A DNA stretch of 63,855 nucleotides, filler included, from Octopus bimaculoides (Eukaryota): NCBI RefSeq assembly GCF_001194135.2. It is 7 parts of 6 records of this genome, joined end to end, with 100 filler letters (N's around TTAATTAATTAA, not from the genome) between each part and the next. Parts side by side here need not be neighbours in the genome. Positions count along the whole stretch, not along the records: positions 6,665 to 24,989 come from NC_068985.1; 6 more parts are not named here. The stretch is one strand, 5' to 3'. Positions 10,831 to 22,489 of the stretch are shown here, in pieces (the stretch's first letter is position 1; each line of letters begins with the position of its first letter). The position numbers and the translations under genes were made by a program. Below the pieces are notes generated by a model. The model searched no databases. It was not told the DNA's origin and saw only the letters and a program-made list of their open reading frames with translations.

Positions 10831-12715
10831 ATGGCTACACTTAGAGAAGGGCATGTAAATGTTCGAGACTCAGGTTCAGTTTGGAAGCATGGTCACCTGT
10901 TCAAAGATCTCAGGTCGCTTGATTTAGATGTGGCAGCTATTAGTGAAACAAGACCAGGAAGCATGCCCTTGCAGTCATTTTCGAAGACTACGAAATATTC
11001 TCATCTTGTGGTCTGTCGAGAGCGGACGGTGGCGTAGTAGTGTTATTCCGAAAATCCTTAGATCTTAAAGTAAGGAAAATCTTGGACGGCATGTTGGTGA
11101 TCCTAGATGTGTACGGCAGCGCCTTTAGATTGATGGTCATGCATACCCCGGCAAGGGCTGGAAGGCCAGATTTCTTCCCATTCCTGGGAAGGCCTTGTAC
11201 CTTAGTACTTAGTGGGGGACTAGAAGAGTATTTGGGAAGCACGGATAGACTGCATGGGTCTAGTACATAATAGAAAGGGGTACAAAAGCCTCGAAAACTT
11301 GCTCAGAAACTTCCAACTGTATGACAGGTATCGACTGGATTTCTTCGATGTGCCAGTGTGGATATGGAGGAACCACATCGGGTCATCTAGACTGTATCTA
11401 TATCGAATTTTTACTAGGTCAGCAGATAGGGATAGCGTAGGTTGTCCTCAATTCAAATTGGTCAGCTACGCAAATACAAATTTGTGATCTCCACAGTCGA
11501 TTTAGATAGGACCCGTAGACTGGCACCCGGTTACTGGAAGTTGGACGCGTCCTTTCTGGCACACGAAGACTACAGGGACCAGATTAGCAAACTAGTTAAG
11601 CGGCAGTTGACAAGGACAATCGTCAAGAACCTGTGGTAGATCACCTTGAAGAGATCGATCAGAGTAGAATCGATAGAGTTTAGCAAGGAGTTAGCATTAG
11701 GTGATACACAATAGAATGAAATAGATTTGAAGTAGATCTAGTTAGCAAATTAGAAGAGAGGATTAGTGAAGGTATCGCAACCGAGGTGCTAGCGACGAGG
11801 ATGACCCTCGACCATTTCTTTGAGGCGAAACACAAATATTGCTTTGTCAGAGCTAATGCCTGTGCGCTAATCACGAAGGAACTAAAGCCTAAACAGTGAA
11901 GGTGCAACGTGACAACAAATCCACGATCAGGTCTAAGACGGATCGGGATGGGCACATGCTAGTTGATTACGAACAGATTATGCGCGGCTTTCCAATAGCA
12001 CTTCGTACAGCTGTTTGAGGTCGACGATGGTGACGGATTCTATTTCGTACCTGGACGGCTAGCCGCGGATCTTTGCAGTGGATGCGAGGTTCTGCAAAAA
12101 GCTGATAACGGCCTCTGAAATGTGATGAGCAGTCAGCTATTGCACAAGTCGCGAATCACTCGGTTTGGATGGTCTGCCCTATGAATTCTATGTGTTCATG
12201 CTAGTTATGTATGACAGCCTCTTGGCAGACATCAACCGCAACTGGCAGCAGAACGAGAGCCGGAATGTGGTGACACAGCTGAGGAAGGCCGTCGACAATG
12301 GGGACATATTAGGGAATTTTCGACTCATAACTCGGCTAAATACAGTTTAAGATTTTGGCCAAGGTCTTAGCGAAAAGGTTGGCGCTTGTCGTTGGTAGTC
12401 TGGTTGATGAAGTATAAACATGTGCAATCCCGAACAAATCTATCCGCGACAACGTCCACCTTATGCGATATGGAACTAAATCTTGCTTCGGTGGAGCCCT
12501 GATAAATTTGAATCAGTCCTAGCATTCGATAGGGTAAACCATTGCTATTTGGAATCCGTCCTGAAAGCGGTTGGTTTTGGTCCCGTTTTCAGAGACTGGA
12601 TCGCTGCAATGGGCTACTGCACCAGCTTAGTGGTAAAAAATAAATGGCCACCTTTCGAAACCGTTTCGCCAGCACTGCCCTTTCGTATCGCATTTCGAAA
12701 GGGATACTCCTCAAC
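10831..12715 (+). pseudogene. Decayed ORF2 (APE endonuclease plus N-terminal RT) of a Tx1/L1-like LINE, frameshifted and 3' truncated
   Basis: LREGHVNVR, DLDVAAISETR, GYWKLDASFL, DGLPYEFY, GNFRLITRLNT and AFDRVNHCYLESVLKAVGFGPVFRDWI across several frames. Confidence 0.85.
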
Positions 12716-13595
12716 TCTTCCAACTTCTACATCGGTCAGCCACACTGCAACACCTGCGCCTTCGTACCACATAGCCATGACTGCATATGATGATTTTATC
12801 GAAGAGGGGAAAAAGATAATATTTCCCTTAAACGAACAGTTAAAAGAAGCTCTGGTGGATGTATGGGTGAGGTGGTTTTCAATGTTCCAGATATAGCACT
12901 CGTAAGTGCTCACCTCACCTTCGAAATGGAAGGGAAAGCAAGGTGACACGCTGATCAGAGGCTCCGCATATATTCCTAAAATCACATGCTGCTATTCGTG
13001 AAGAAAGATAATATATGATTTACGGCTAGGGACATTGGTTAGGGCACTATAATAATCTTTACGAGAAAATACAGGCAAATTATTAGTGTCGAAGTAACCA
13101 AAAGTGATTTATTGGTCCGGTAGAGTCTAGTTGGATATACGAATCCTGATAATCTCTTGAACACTACAGATAAGAATATGTCCCTAATCGTAGATACTGA
13201 TAGAAAAGTGTTACAACCAGTGGTTCTGGGTAAGAAGAACAGCCGTTACACTTGTGGAAATTAAAGTCCCTGGGATATTTCTAAACGAGCAAGTGAAAAA
13301 GCAGATGTAGTGGGGCAGAGAGGGGTGGGAAGAGGAGAGAAAGAAGGAAAAGATAAGAGATAGTAACAAAGCAAGCAACAACAGCATCAGGATCCAGAAT
13401 TTGATGTTTCCAAAACACCACTGGTCGCATCTCCAAGTATGAAGGTGCCAGAAGCCGACAACCAAGAATCTGATCAGGAAGGCAATTACCAACAAGTCGA
13501 AGATCAAGAAGCCGAAGTTCTACATCCTATTATTGCCAGCCCATTGACTGGTGATGATGTGAAATAAATGGTAGGGTAGGATGCGTTCACAATTA
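12716..13595 (+). pseudogene. Second Tx1-like ORF1 remnant plus the first codons of ORF2
   Basis: SYHIAMTAYDDFIEEGKKIIF...; knuckle-like RYTCGN*SP near 13244; K/E-rich tail; TAA-ATG junction at 13565-13570 followed by RVGCVH, resembling REGHVN of the first copy. Confidence 0.45.
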
Positions 13596-14037
13596 GGAAA
13601 AAATAAAAGAAAAAGCAATAAACTAAAACAAAAGGAGAGCAAAACATACAGAGTGGGACACTAGTAAACGGATTTCACAGTCCTGCATAAGTAACGTGTT
13701 CCTTGGTATTATGAAATATAGAAAGTATAATGCCAAGCATTCCGAGGAAGAAAAATTAGGACCGGATTTTAAGTTATTTGTATGACAGGTTGTTGTTGAA
13801 GATAACATCAATGCACAAAATAGAAATCGCTGGATACTTTTTGTCACCTCCAAAGCAGAAAATAGTCACAAAACCCACAGGAGGTGCAGAAGGTACAAGC
13901 GCATCTCTAAAAATTTTTGTGGGGTGCAAAATCAAAATTTGCGCCCGTTTACTTTTCTGAGATTTAGAAAACAGTACGTAAAACGTGATCTGTAAAAAGT
14001 TGTTTGAAGTTAGGTTTCTTCTCCAAGAACAAAAATA

Positions 14038-14038
14038 A

Positions 14039-14123
<85 letters not shown>

Positions 14124-14126
14124 AAG

Positions 14127-14178
<52 letters not shown>
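14038..14178. repeat. (GATA)n-(GACA)n-(GATA)n microsatellite
   Basis: Direct reading. Confidence 0.95.
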
Positions 14179-14619
14179 AAAAATAAGACCTTGTTTGTAA
14201 AACGTTTTGGACCTGAGTTTGCACCACTCAACAAATTTCGTTTCCAAGACCTGTGAAGTTTTGATGAATCACTGACCAATGGGCTTTCACTCATGTGTGA
14301 ATTAGTTACCCTGTTTGATTTGTTTGTTTCTTTTTCAAAATTATATTCCTAATTTTATATAAACGACTATTTATTTTGTACAGCTACTTTATGTAATTTG
14401 ATAATTTTTTAAACAAATTAATATATCATTTAACGTTTCTGTTTTTTTTTGTTTTTTTCTTTTTTGCTTTATTGTTGATTTGAACTTAGAGTGAAAAGAG
14501 TCTTTTATTGTTTCGTTTCAATACAATAAGGTGTTAGCCTTTGAATATGTTGGATCTTTTCGTATCAGTAAATGGGCCTTTTGGCAGAAATAAAGAATTA
14601 TAATCTTTTCTTGGGTGGT

Positions 14620-14790
14620 GAAATGCTGAACTGTTAAAGAGTCGTGTTTCTTAAGGTTCGGAATTCAAAACATACAAAGGCCAACTTTGCCTTTCAACTT
14701 TTCGGAGTCGTTAAAATAAAATCCCAGTCAAATACTGAGATCGATGACATCAAGTAACTCCGCAAAACTCTTGGTCTTGTACCTAAATTA
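14620..14790 (+). mobile_element. Highly diverged SINE family A
   Basis: GGTTCGGAATTCAAAAC...CAACTTTGCCTTTCAACTTTTCGGAGTCG. Confidence 0.5.
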
Positions 14791-15064
14791 GAAACAAATA
14801 CACAAGGTGATCAGATGGCAAAATCATTAGAGAGTCGAATAAAGGCATTTCAGTATGTGAACCGACTCTTTTCACTCCTTTCAGAGTTGATAAAATGGAG
14901 TGCCATTCAATTCCTAGTGTTGATGGTACCGACTAACATCTTTCCCTCAAAATTGGTAACCTTGTACCTGAATCCGAAAGAATTGCAATGTCATTTTTAT
15001 ATTTAAAAAACAAAACCAATAACCAAATGTTCATTAATAAAGCCGTTTGTAGATAATTATAAAC

Positions 15065-15498
15065 GCAGGCGTTGCTACAGGCGTAGACGTAGATGTGTGA
15101 CAGACGTGGCTGTTGCTTCCCAACCACATGGTTCCAGGTTCAGTCCCATTGTGTGGCACCTTGGGCAACTGTCTTCTACTATAGCCTCGGGCCGACCAAA
15201 AACTTGTGAGTGGATCTGGTACATGGAAACTGAAAGAAGTTCATCGTGTATATGTATATGTGCGTGTGTGTCTTTGTGTCTGTATTCGTCCTGCCACCAC
15301 CGCTTGACAACCGGTGTTAGTGTGTTTACGTGTCCGTAACTTAGCGTTCCGGCAAAAGAGGCCGATAGAATAAATACGGGGCTTATAAAAAAAGAAGTAA
15401 GTACTAGGATCGATACATTCGACTAAAAATAATTCAATGCGGTGCTCCAGTATGGCCGCAGTCTAATGATTGAAAAAAGTAAAAGGTAAAAGTAAGAA
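15065..15498 (+). mobile_element. SINE family B, near full length, followed by (TAA)n
   Basis: TTGCTTCCCAACCACATGGTTCCAGGTTCAGTCCC...CGCTTGACAACCGGTG...GGTGCTCCAGTATGGCCGCAGTC. Confidence 0.9.
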
Positions 15499-15500
15499 GG

Positions 15501-15547
<47 letters not shown>

Positions 15548-16067
15548 TAGATTTAATCAAAAGATTAAATGTGGTACTTAAAATGTTTGAGGCACCAAAA
15601 TTTGGTAGGGTAAAAACCAAAAACAAAATCAAGAGATTTGGTGAATAAAATTTGAAGAAAAGCAACAAACTTCATTTATTCATGTAGTGAGAACACTACA
15701 TAAAATGTGCAATGAAAATGTACTCCTCAGCTGCATAATGGAATTTCATTTTAGAAAGTCATTTTGTAGATGTGTGCAAAAAACAAGAGTAAGAGAAGAA
15801 AAATTACCATTTTGACTGGGCTGCCATTCAACAGTCTAGTCTATATATATATATATATATATATANNNNNNNNNNNNNNNNNNNNNNNNNNNNNNNNNNN
15901 NNNNNNNNNNNNNNNNNNNNNNNNNNNNNNNNNNNNNNNNNNNNNNNNNNNNNNNNNNNNNNNNNNNNNNNNNNNNNNNNNNNNNNNNNNNNNNNNNNNN
16001 NNNNNNNNNNNNNNNNNNNNNNNNNNNNNNNNNNNNNNNNNNNNNNNNNNNNNNNNNNNNNNNNNNN

Positions 16068-16117
<50 letters not shown>

Positions 16118-16423
16118 GTACAAAGATAAAGTTTATTTTATTATATTGTATAATATAATTTATTATATTGTATAATGAATAACTTACTTACACATCTGTA
16201 TTAATGCATATGTACACAATTAATGTTATTAATTTTATTCTTATTGTCTTCCATATCTTAATGTTTTAAAAACTGACTTTCCGCGTTTTGAAATTTTATA
16301 TTGAGAGATAATTATAAATATGGAACTTTTGCTCCAAGTGTTCTTATGGCAGGGTCGAAGGTTATGGTTCATCACAGTTCTATATTGGTTGGGCTCCAGA
16401 CAAACTGTTTTTTACATGTTGTT

Positions 16424-16798
16424 GGCACTCCGTCGCTTACGACGTCGAGGGTTCCTGCTGATCCGATCAACGGACAACCTGCTCGTGAAATTAACGTGCA
16501 AGTGGCTGAGCACTCCACAGACACTTGTACCCCTAACGTAGTTCTGGGGGATATTCAGCGTAACACAGTGTGACAAGGCTGGCCCTTTGAAATAAAGGTA
16601 CAACAGAAACAGGAAGAAAAAGTGAGAGAAAGTTGTGGTGAAAGAGTACAGAAGGGTTCGCCACCATCCCCTGCCGGAGCCTCGTGGAGCTTTAGGTGTT
16701 TTCGCTCAATAAACACTCACAACGCCCGGTCTGGGAATCGAAACCGGGATCCTATGACCGCAAGTTTGCTGCCCTAAACACTGGGCCATTGAGCCTCC
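16424..16798 (-). mobile_element. SINE family C, near full length
   Basis: High identity to 1779-2054 and to the reverse complement of 21542-21877. Confidence 0.92.
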
Positions 16799-17866
16799 AC
16801 GGTTTTTACATAGAGTGATATATAAGAGAAGTTATAAATAATGGTTATTACATATTTCCCTTTATTAGAGCAAATTTGACTTATAGTTGTTTGCAGTAGT
16901 CATTATAGGTACGTTACTGATAGGTTTACTCAATCAGTCTTTACTCAATCAGTCAGTTGAGAAAAATTGAACGACCTAAAAAAAATTTAGGCTATTTTCA
17001 TCAGAGTCATTTCTAATTCAAATAAAGCAGAACACTGAAGAAATGGTGAGTGCATGGAGGAGGAAGGAGAAGATGGAAAGATGGAAGTAGAATAGAGAAA
17101 AGGAGGAAGGCAGGTTACAAAGGGGTGAAGAGACGAAAAGAAAAGAAAAGAAAGGATAGAGGAAGGGGTCACTTAATAGAAGGGGTGTTGGATGGCCCAT
17201 ACTTGGGAAAAGACAATCATAAAACAATGTTTATAGTCAGGCCAACACACATGAACATATTAGCATTGTTTTTAGATTAGATATTCTCCAAATGTTGTGT
17301 TGAAATTTGATACGGGCCATTTATACATATGGTCAACCTAAGTCTTTAATATTATGCAAAATTCTTTTGATTCTTTTAATTTTTAGTTTGCTTTAATGCT
17401 AAATTCAGAAATTTTAAACTTTACTTCATATTTTAATCCGAAATGCATTTGATGTTTAAATTTTAAAACTCATGTAATGAGGTTAAATGCAACAACTCGA
17501 CTTATCTCATTTCAAACTCACATTTCTCAATCTATCATTGTTTTATATCCTAGCTAATTCCCCTACTATGCTTGATAACACCAATGACCAAATATTAAAA
17601 ACTTCATATGTATAAATGTGCATGAGTGCGTTGTGTGTGTGAGTCTGCGTGTGTATACACTCACAAACATACATTCTGTGGGTGACATTTTTAACCGAGA
17701 CGTTACAATCGTATCTGATTCTTCAAGTTTGTGTATATACATATATTTACTAGAATACTGACATTTATGAATGGGTTCCCCCATTGTGTTGATGTGCCAT
17801 TTTCTATCATCAATAAACCTGTCGGCATTTTTGCCGACACGGATATGCTAGTAATAATATAATATA

Positions 17867-17984
17867 CAGCGTGTCTGGGTACATGGAGTAAATAAAATCA
17901 TAACATAAACAATTAAATATAAGAAATAATAATTTCTTAAAGTATGTGTTAATCTCCATGTACCCAGACTTCGTGAACACCCTG
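17867..17984. mobile_element. 118-bp Tc1/mariner-type MITE with TA TSD
   Basis: TA|CAGCGTGTC...GAACACCCTG|TA termini; internal inverted repeat TCTGGGTACATGGAG / CTCCATGTACCCAGA. Confidence 0.75.
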
Positions 17985-18069
17985 TATTTCCCACCACAGA
18001 ATTCTGTGAATATTTGTACAACGAGAAGACAATAGTATATAAAACTTAATCCCTTCTGAAATTTGGTTG

Positions 18070-18242
18070 GAGGGAACTTGTCAATTACACCGACCTGCTA
18101 GATTGGTACCTATTTTATCGACCCCGAAAGGATGAAAGGTAAAGTCAACCTTGGTGATACTTGAACTCAGAACGTAAAGGCGAACGAAATGTAGCCAGGC
18201 ATTTTGTCCGGTGTGCTAACCATTCTGCCAGCGCATTGCCTT
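18070..18242 (-). mobile_element. SINE family A (diverged)
   Basis: ATCGACCCCGAAAGGATGAAAGGTAAAGTCAAC...TTGAACTCAGAACG...TGCTAACCATTCTGCCAGC. Confidence 0.85.
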
Positions 18243-19107
18243 AAATGATGTATAATATAATAATGTACATCTCACCACAGAATTCTCTGGATATTTGTAC
18301 AACGAGAAAACGAAAATATATAAAACAAATAGCAAGAAAGAAAGAAAGGAAAAAAGAAAGGAAAAAAGAAAGAAAGAAAGAAAGGAAGAAAAAAAAGAAA
18401 GAAAGGAAGGAAAAAAAAGAAAGAAAGAAAGAAATGAAATCACACACTTACCGTTTCTTTTCAATACGATGTTATAATAGAATCTTTAAGAAAAAATCTG
18501 TATTTTGGGATAGATACAGTTGAAAATCAGGGATTGTCGTCTGGATATTCTCACACCAAATTCAGTGTTAAAATGTCCTGTATTGGAGATATAATCGGTG
18601 TAAAAAATTTAACCTGCTTAATGATTTGTATTAAGTAACCCAACAGTAGGGAAGTTTTTTTTTGTTTTTTTTTTCCTCAGAAGTTCAGACTAATGCATAC
18701 TTTCAGAAGTTCAGATTAATCCATACTTTCATATATACATGTATACATATACGCTTATATTTGTATGTGTACGTGCTCTCCATAATGAGTATGTGCGCAT
18801 GTACATTATGCTACATACGCCAGATGTTTAGAGAGAGGCATGAAATCGACGGTGGGGAATAAGACTACGGCAAAACTTCTGATTAATGTCATAATTCTCT
18901 TTAAATTTATACTAATCTTGATAGAAAATCAATATATAGAAGTGTAACACATGAAACTGACTGGGATAAATTGAAATGTAATGTAGAAAGAAGAGTCAAT
19001 GAGAGTATTTTGATATCGGGGATCAGAAACAAACGGGCCTTGCCTTGAATTTTACCTTTTATTTATTTATGTATTCTCATTTACTATGTTTGTGGTCGAT
19101 AAAATAT

Positions 19108-19245
19108 CACAGGCCAACAATTTTTTTTTTTTTTTTTTTTTTTGNNNNNNNNNNAAAAATGTGGACCCGAATTAGTTTTTTTGACACACAGAATCCGAAA
19201 ATGACATCCATTTATAACTATCGTATCAACATTTTGTGATGCGGG
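19108..19245. mobile_element. Probable left terminal/subterminal segment of a Chapaev3-like DNA transposon
   Basis: CACAGGCCAACAA(T)n start and GAATCCGAAAATGACATC subterminal motif; loosely mirrors 21400-21513. Confidence 0.4.
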
Positions 19246-19250
19246 ATCTC

Positions 19251-19613
19251 TCTTACTCTTTTACTCTTTTACTTGTTTCAGTCATTTGACTGCGGCCATG
19301 CTGGAGCACCGCCTTTAGTCGAGAAAATTGACCCCCAGGACTTATTCTTTGTAAGCCTAGTACTTATTCTACCAGTCTCTGTTTGCCGAACCGCTAAGTT
19401 ACGGGGACGTAAATACACCAGCATCTGTTGTCAAGCGATGGTGGGGAGACAAACACAGACACACAAACACACATACATACATATATATATNNNNNNNNNN
19501 TCGGCCCGAGGCTATAGTAGAAGACACTTGCCCAAGGTGCCACGCAATGGGACTGAAACCGGAACCATGTGGTTGGTAAGCAAGCTACTTACTACACAGC
19601 CACTCCTACGCCT
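19251..19613 (-). mobile_element. SINE family B, near full length (small gap), TTTTACTC-repeat tail
   Basis: CTTTTACTCTTTTACTTGTTTCAGTCATTTGACTGCGGCCATGCTGGAGCACCGCC...ACTACACAGCCACTCCTACGCCT. Confidence 0.92.
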
Positions 19614-19744
19614 ATAGATCTATAGAATTTCATTGTATTTTGTCGTTAAAACAACTTAAGAAGAACAAAGCATAACATAAACACATACAAACATAGGCAC
19701 GATATGCAAGCATCATCATATCATATACCCAGGCCTATTCCCCA

Positions 19745-20075
19745 TTTTTTTAGGAGGGGGTAGCCGCAGCAAGACATACACCAGGCATTCCATTCACTTC
19801 CCAGCTCAAAGTCCTGGGTATGACTATAAAGTACATCCAATAGTGGGACCCTGAGGCCATGGTTTCTGGGTTTGAGGAGTGTGGAACCACCTCTTAGTCA
19901 GTATCGATCCCAGGTCTACTCTGGCTCGGAGTGGTACCTGTAAGGGTCCCAGCTATAGATTAACTAGCAAACCCCACAGATCAGTAGAATGCAGTCACCG
20001 TATTCCATGCGTGGCGTAAGAGGCGACTAAAAAGGGTAGGAGCGAGGGGACTGGAAATCCTCTCCTCTTGGTAAA
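19745..20075 (+). mobile_element. Unclassified GC-richer repeat, possibly the 5' region of a LINE or SINE
   Basis: GC content above flanks; motif CCGTATTCCATGCGTGGCGTAAGAGGCGACTAAAAAGGG, which I associate with invertebrate retroelement 5' regions (unverified). Confidence 0.35.
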
Positions 20076-20189
20076 TCCATATTCCTAAAATTGCTGCAAG
20101 AAAATATACAAACATAGAAATTGCTTTTTCTTCAAAACCAGAATTTCTTAAAATTCTGTTGAAAAACTAATAAAAGTCTTAAGATTTCT

Positions 20190-20580
20190 GCATTTCTGGG
20201 TGGACACATAGACATATGTGCAAAAAATTAAGCCCCACTCCCAATTCCAGGTCTTCAGTGAGTACTACAGATGAAGCACGGATAAACAAAGAAAATGCTT
20301 TTATACAAAAGTACAAACCAAAACTGAACATAATTTAACATATAACATACACAAATAACTATTCACACTCAACACTCATTCTGCAACTTAATATGAGGGA
20401 CCTACTCAGCGAACAACCTAAACTTTAGCCACTGGACTACATACAAACGATTCCTGTCCACTCTCCCACCAGACAGATTAAATTCGGAGTGCCTTGATTA
20501 TAACTAAACATGTTCAATCAACTGTGCTGGCCTTCATTTTAGGAGCAAAATACACTGTCACTTGACATTAACATTTCTAC
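20190..20580 (+). mobile_element. Penelope-like element 3' end (GIY-YIG C-terminus plus pLTR), copy 1
   Basis: GHIDICAK...KENAFIQKYKPKLN; clearly similar (estimated by eye) to 22760-23140. Confidence 0.75.
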
Positions 20581-20599
20581 AGACAAATTACATCTTTTT

Positions 20600-20632
20600 T
20601 TAGGCTTAATTTCTCATGATTTTGCGTTTGGG

Positions 20633-20677
<45 letters not shown>

Positions 20678-21285
20678 TTTTGAACCTCAGGAAGTTCATA
20701 AACCTAGTTCCAGCAATAGTCCGCCATCACATGCAATTCCCATCTGCCTTCATACCATTTGTTCCATTGATTTTATATCCTGATAGAAATGTCCTCCCTG
20801 CTCGTCACTTGTGTCACTAAGATGTTCAGGGAATTTATCAAGATCACTGTAAAGACTGCAGTTTTATACTCATATTTGCTTCCAGCTTTTACAGTTCTCC
20901 AGCATGCTGTCGACTATTTCGACAGAGTTGGCTGCTTTCTTGTTGCTCAGAAAGTATTTTACAAATGAGTTATATGCTGCTGCTTCAATGCAATTCATTG
21001 AATTTACTTCCCATCTTCCATCAATTTTCTGATTTGAGACCCATCAAATACTCCAGCTTTTATCTTTTCACTACTCAGACTGGGAGATATGCAGCAAATA
21101 TAGTGAAAGCATGGTCCATCTTTATCCAGAGCTTTAACAAATTGCTTCATAATGTCTAATTTGATGAATAGTAGTGGCAGAATGATTTTCCTCAGTTGAA
21201 ATTAAGGCTTTTCAACCACATAAAAAGACCCTGGAACTAATGTACGCTATGGCCATTCTTTGATTATCCATCGTTTTTTCCTGGT
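20600..21285 (-). pseudogene. C-terminal half of a Chapaev3-like (CMC) DDE transposase, decayed
   Basis: IKEWP, FIKLDIMKQFVKALDKDGPCFHYI, EKIKAGVFDGSQIRKLM, SDEQGGHFYQDIKSME, GRWELHVMADYCW. Confidence 0.75.
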
Positions 21286-21299
21286 TCTTAATAGAATAA

Positions 21300-21513
21300 T
21301 GTATAAATCGAAATAAACTAAATTTCACAAATAAACATTGCATTTTTCTGAAAATGAGGTAGATTGTGAAATTTGGGTGGGGGATATCTTGAAATCTAGA
21401 TGTGATGTTAAAAAAAATGAATTCCTTTTTAGGTGTTCGGCATATCGAAAAATCTTCAAATCACTTATGACACGTCCTGACAACAAACTGCTTGCTGAAT
21501 TGTGCAGTCAGTG
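21300..21513. mobile_element. Probable other terminus of the Chapaev3-like element
   Basis: ATATCTTGAAATCTAGATGTGATG...GAATTGTGCAGTCAGTG ending in CAGTG; TSD not confirmed. Confidence 0.45.
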
Positions 21514-21541
21514 GATTTTAGACAATCTACTGTACCATGGT

Positions 21542-21877
21542 GGAGGCGCAATGGCCCAGTGGTTAGGGCAGCAGACTCGCGGTCATAGGATCGCGGTTTC
21601 GATTTCCAGACCGGGCGTTGTGAGTGTTTATTGAGCGAAAACACATAAAACTCCACGAGGCTCCGGCAGGGAATGATGGCGAACCCTGCTGTACTCTTTC
21701 ACCACAACTTTCTCTCACTCTTACTTCCTGTTTCTGTTGTGCCTGTAATTCAAAGGGTCAGCCTTGTCACACTGTGTCACGCTGAATATCCCCAAGAACT
21801 ACGTTAAGGGTACACAATGTCTGTGGAGTGCTCAGCCACTTGGAACCTTAATTTCACGAGCAGGCTGTTCCGTTGAT
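21542..21877 (+). mobile_element. SINE family C (runs into gap)
   Basis: GGAGGCGCAATGGCCCAGTGGTTAGGGCAGCAGACTCGCGGTCATAGGATCGCGGTTTCG. Confidence 0.92.
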
Positions 21878-22380
21878 NNNNNNNNNNNNNNNNNNNNNNN
21901 NNNNNNNNNNNNNNNNNNNNNNNNNNNNNNNNNNNNNNNNNNNNNNNNNNNNNNNNNNNNNNNNNNNNNNNNNNNNNNNNNNNNNNNNNNNNNNNNNNNN
22001 NNNNNNNNNNNNNNNNNNNNNNNNNNNNNNNNNNNNNNNNNNNNNNNNNNNNNNNNNNNNNNNNNNNNNNNNNNNNNNNNNNNNNNNNNNNNNNNNNNNN
22101 NNNNNNNNNNNNNNNNNNNNNNNNNNNNNNNNNNNNNNNNNNNNNNNNNNNNNNNNNNNNNNNNNNNNNNNNNNNNNNNNNNNNNNNNNNNNNNNNNNNN
22201 NNNNNNNNNNNNNNNNNNNNNNNNNNNNNNNNNNNNNNNNNNNNNNNNNNNNNNNNNNNNNNNNNNNNNNNNNNNNNNNNNNNNNNNNNNNNNNNNNNNN
22301 NNNNNNNNNNNNNNNNNNNNNTATATATATATACTTATATTTGTGTGTGTGCGTGTGTGCGTGCGCGCGGGCGTGCATGG

Positions 22381-22411
<31 letters not shown>

Positions 22412-22489
22412 CGTGCGTGCACGTATGTCTTCGTGACTGAATTTCCTCTCCGAATGCTTGACAACCGATGCTAGTGTATTTACACAAAA

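Noticed and set aside
13600-14400. Possible further L1/Tx1 3' region (FLWGAK-like motif)
   Set aside because: The motifs are too weak and inconsistent across frames to assign.
21542-21615. tRNA-like sequences with A/B boxes (many copies)
   Set aside because: They have no complete cloverleaf or acceptor stem and continue into SINE bodies; they are SINE heads, not tRNA genes.
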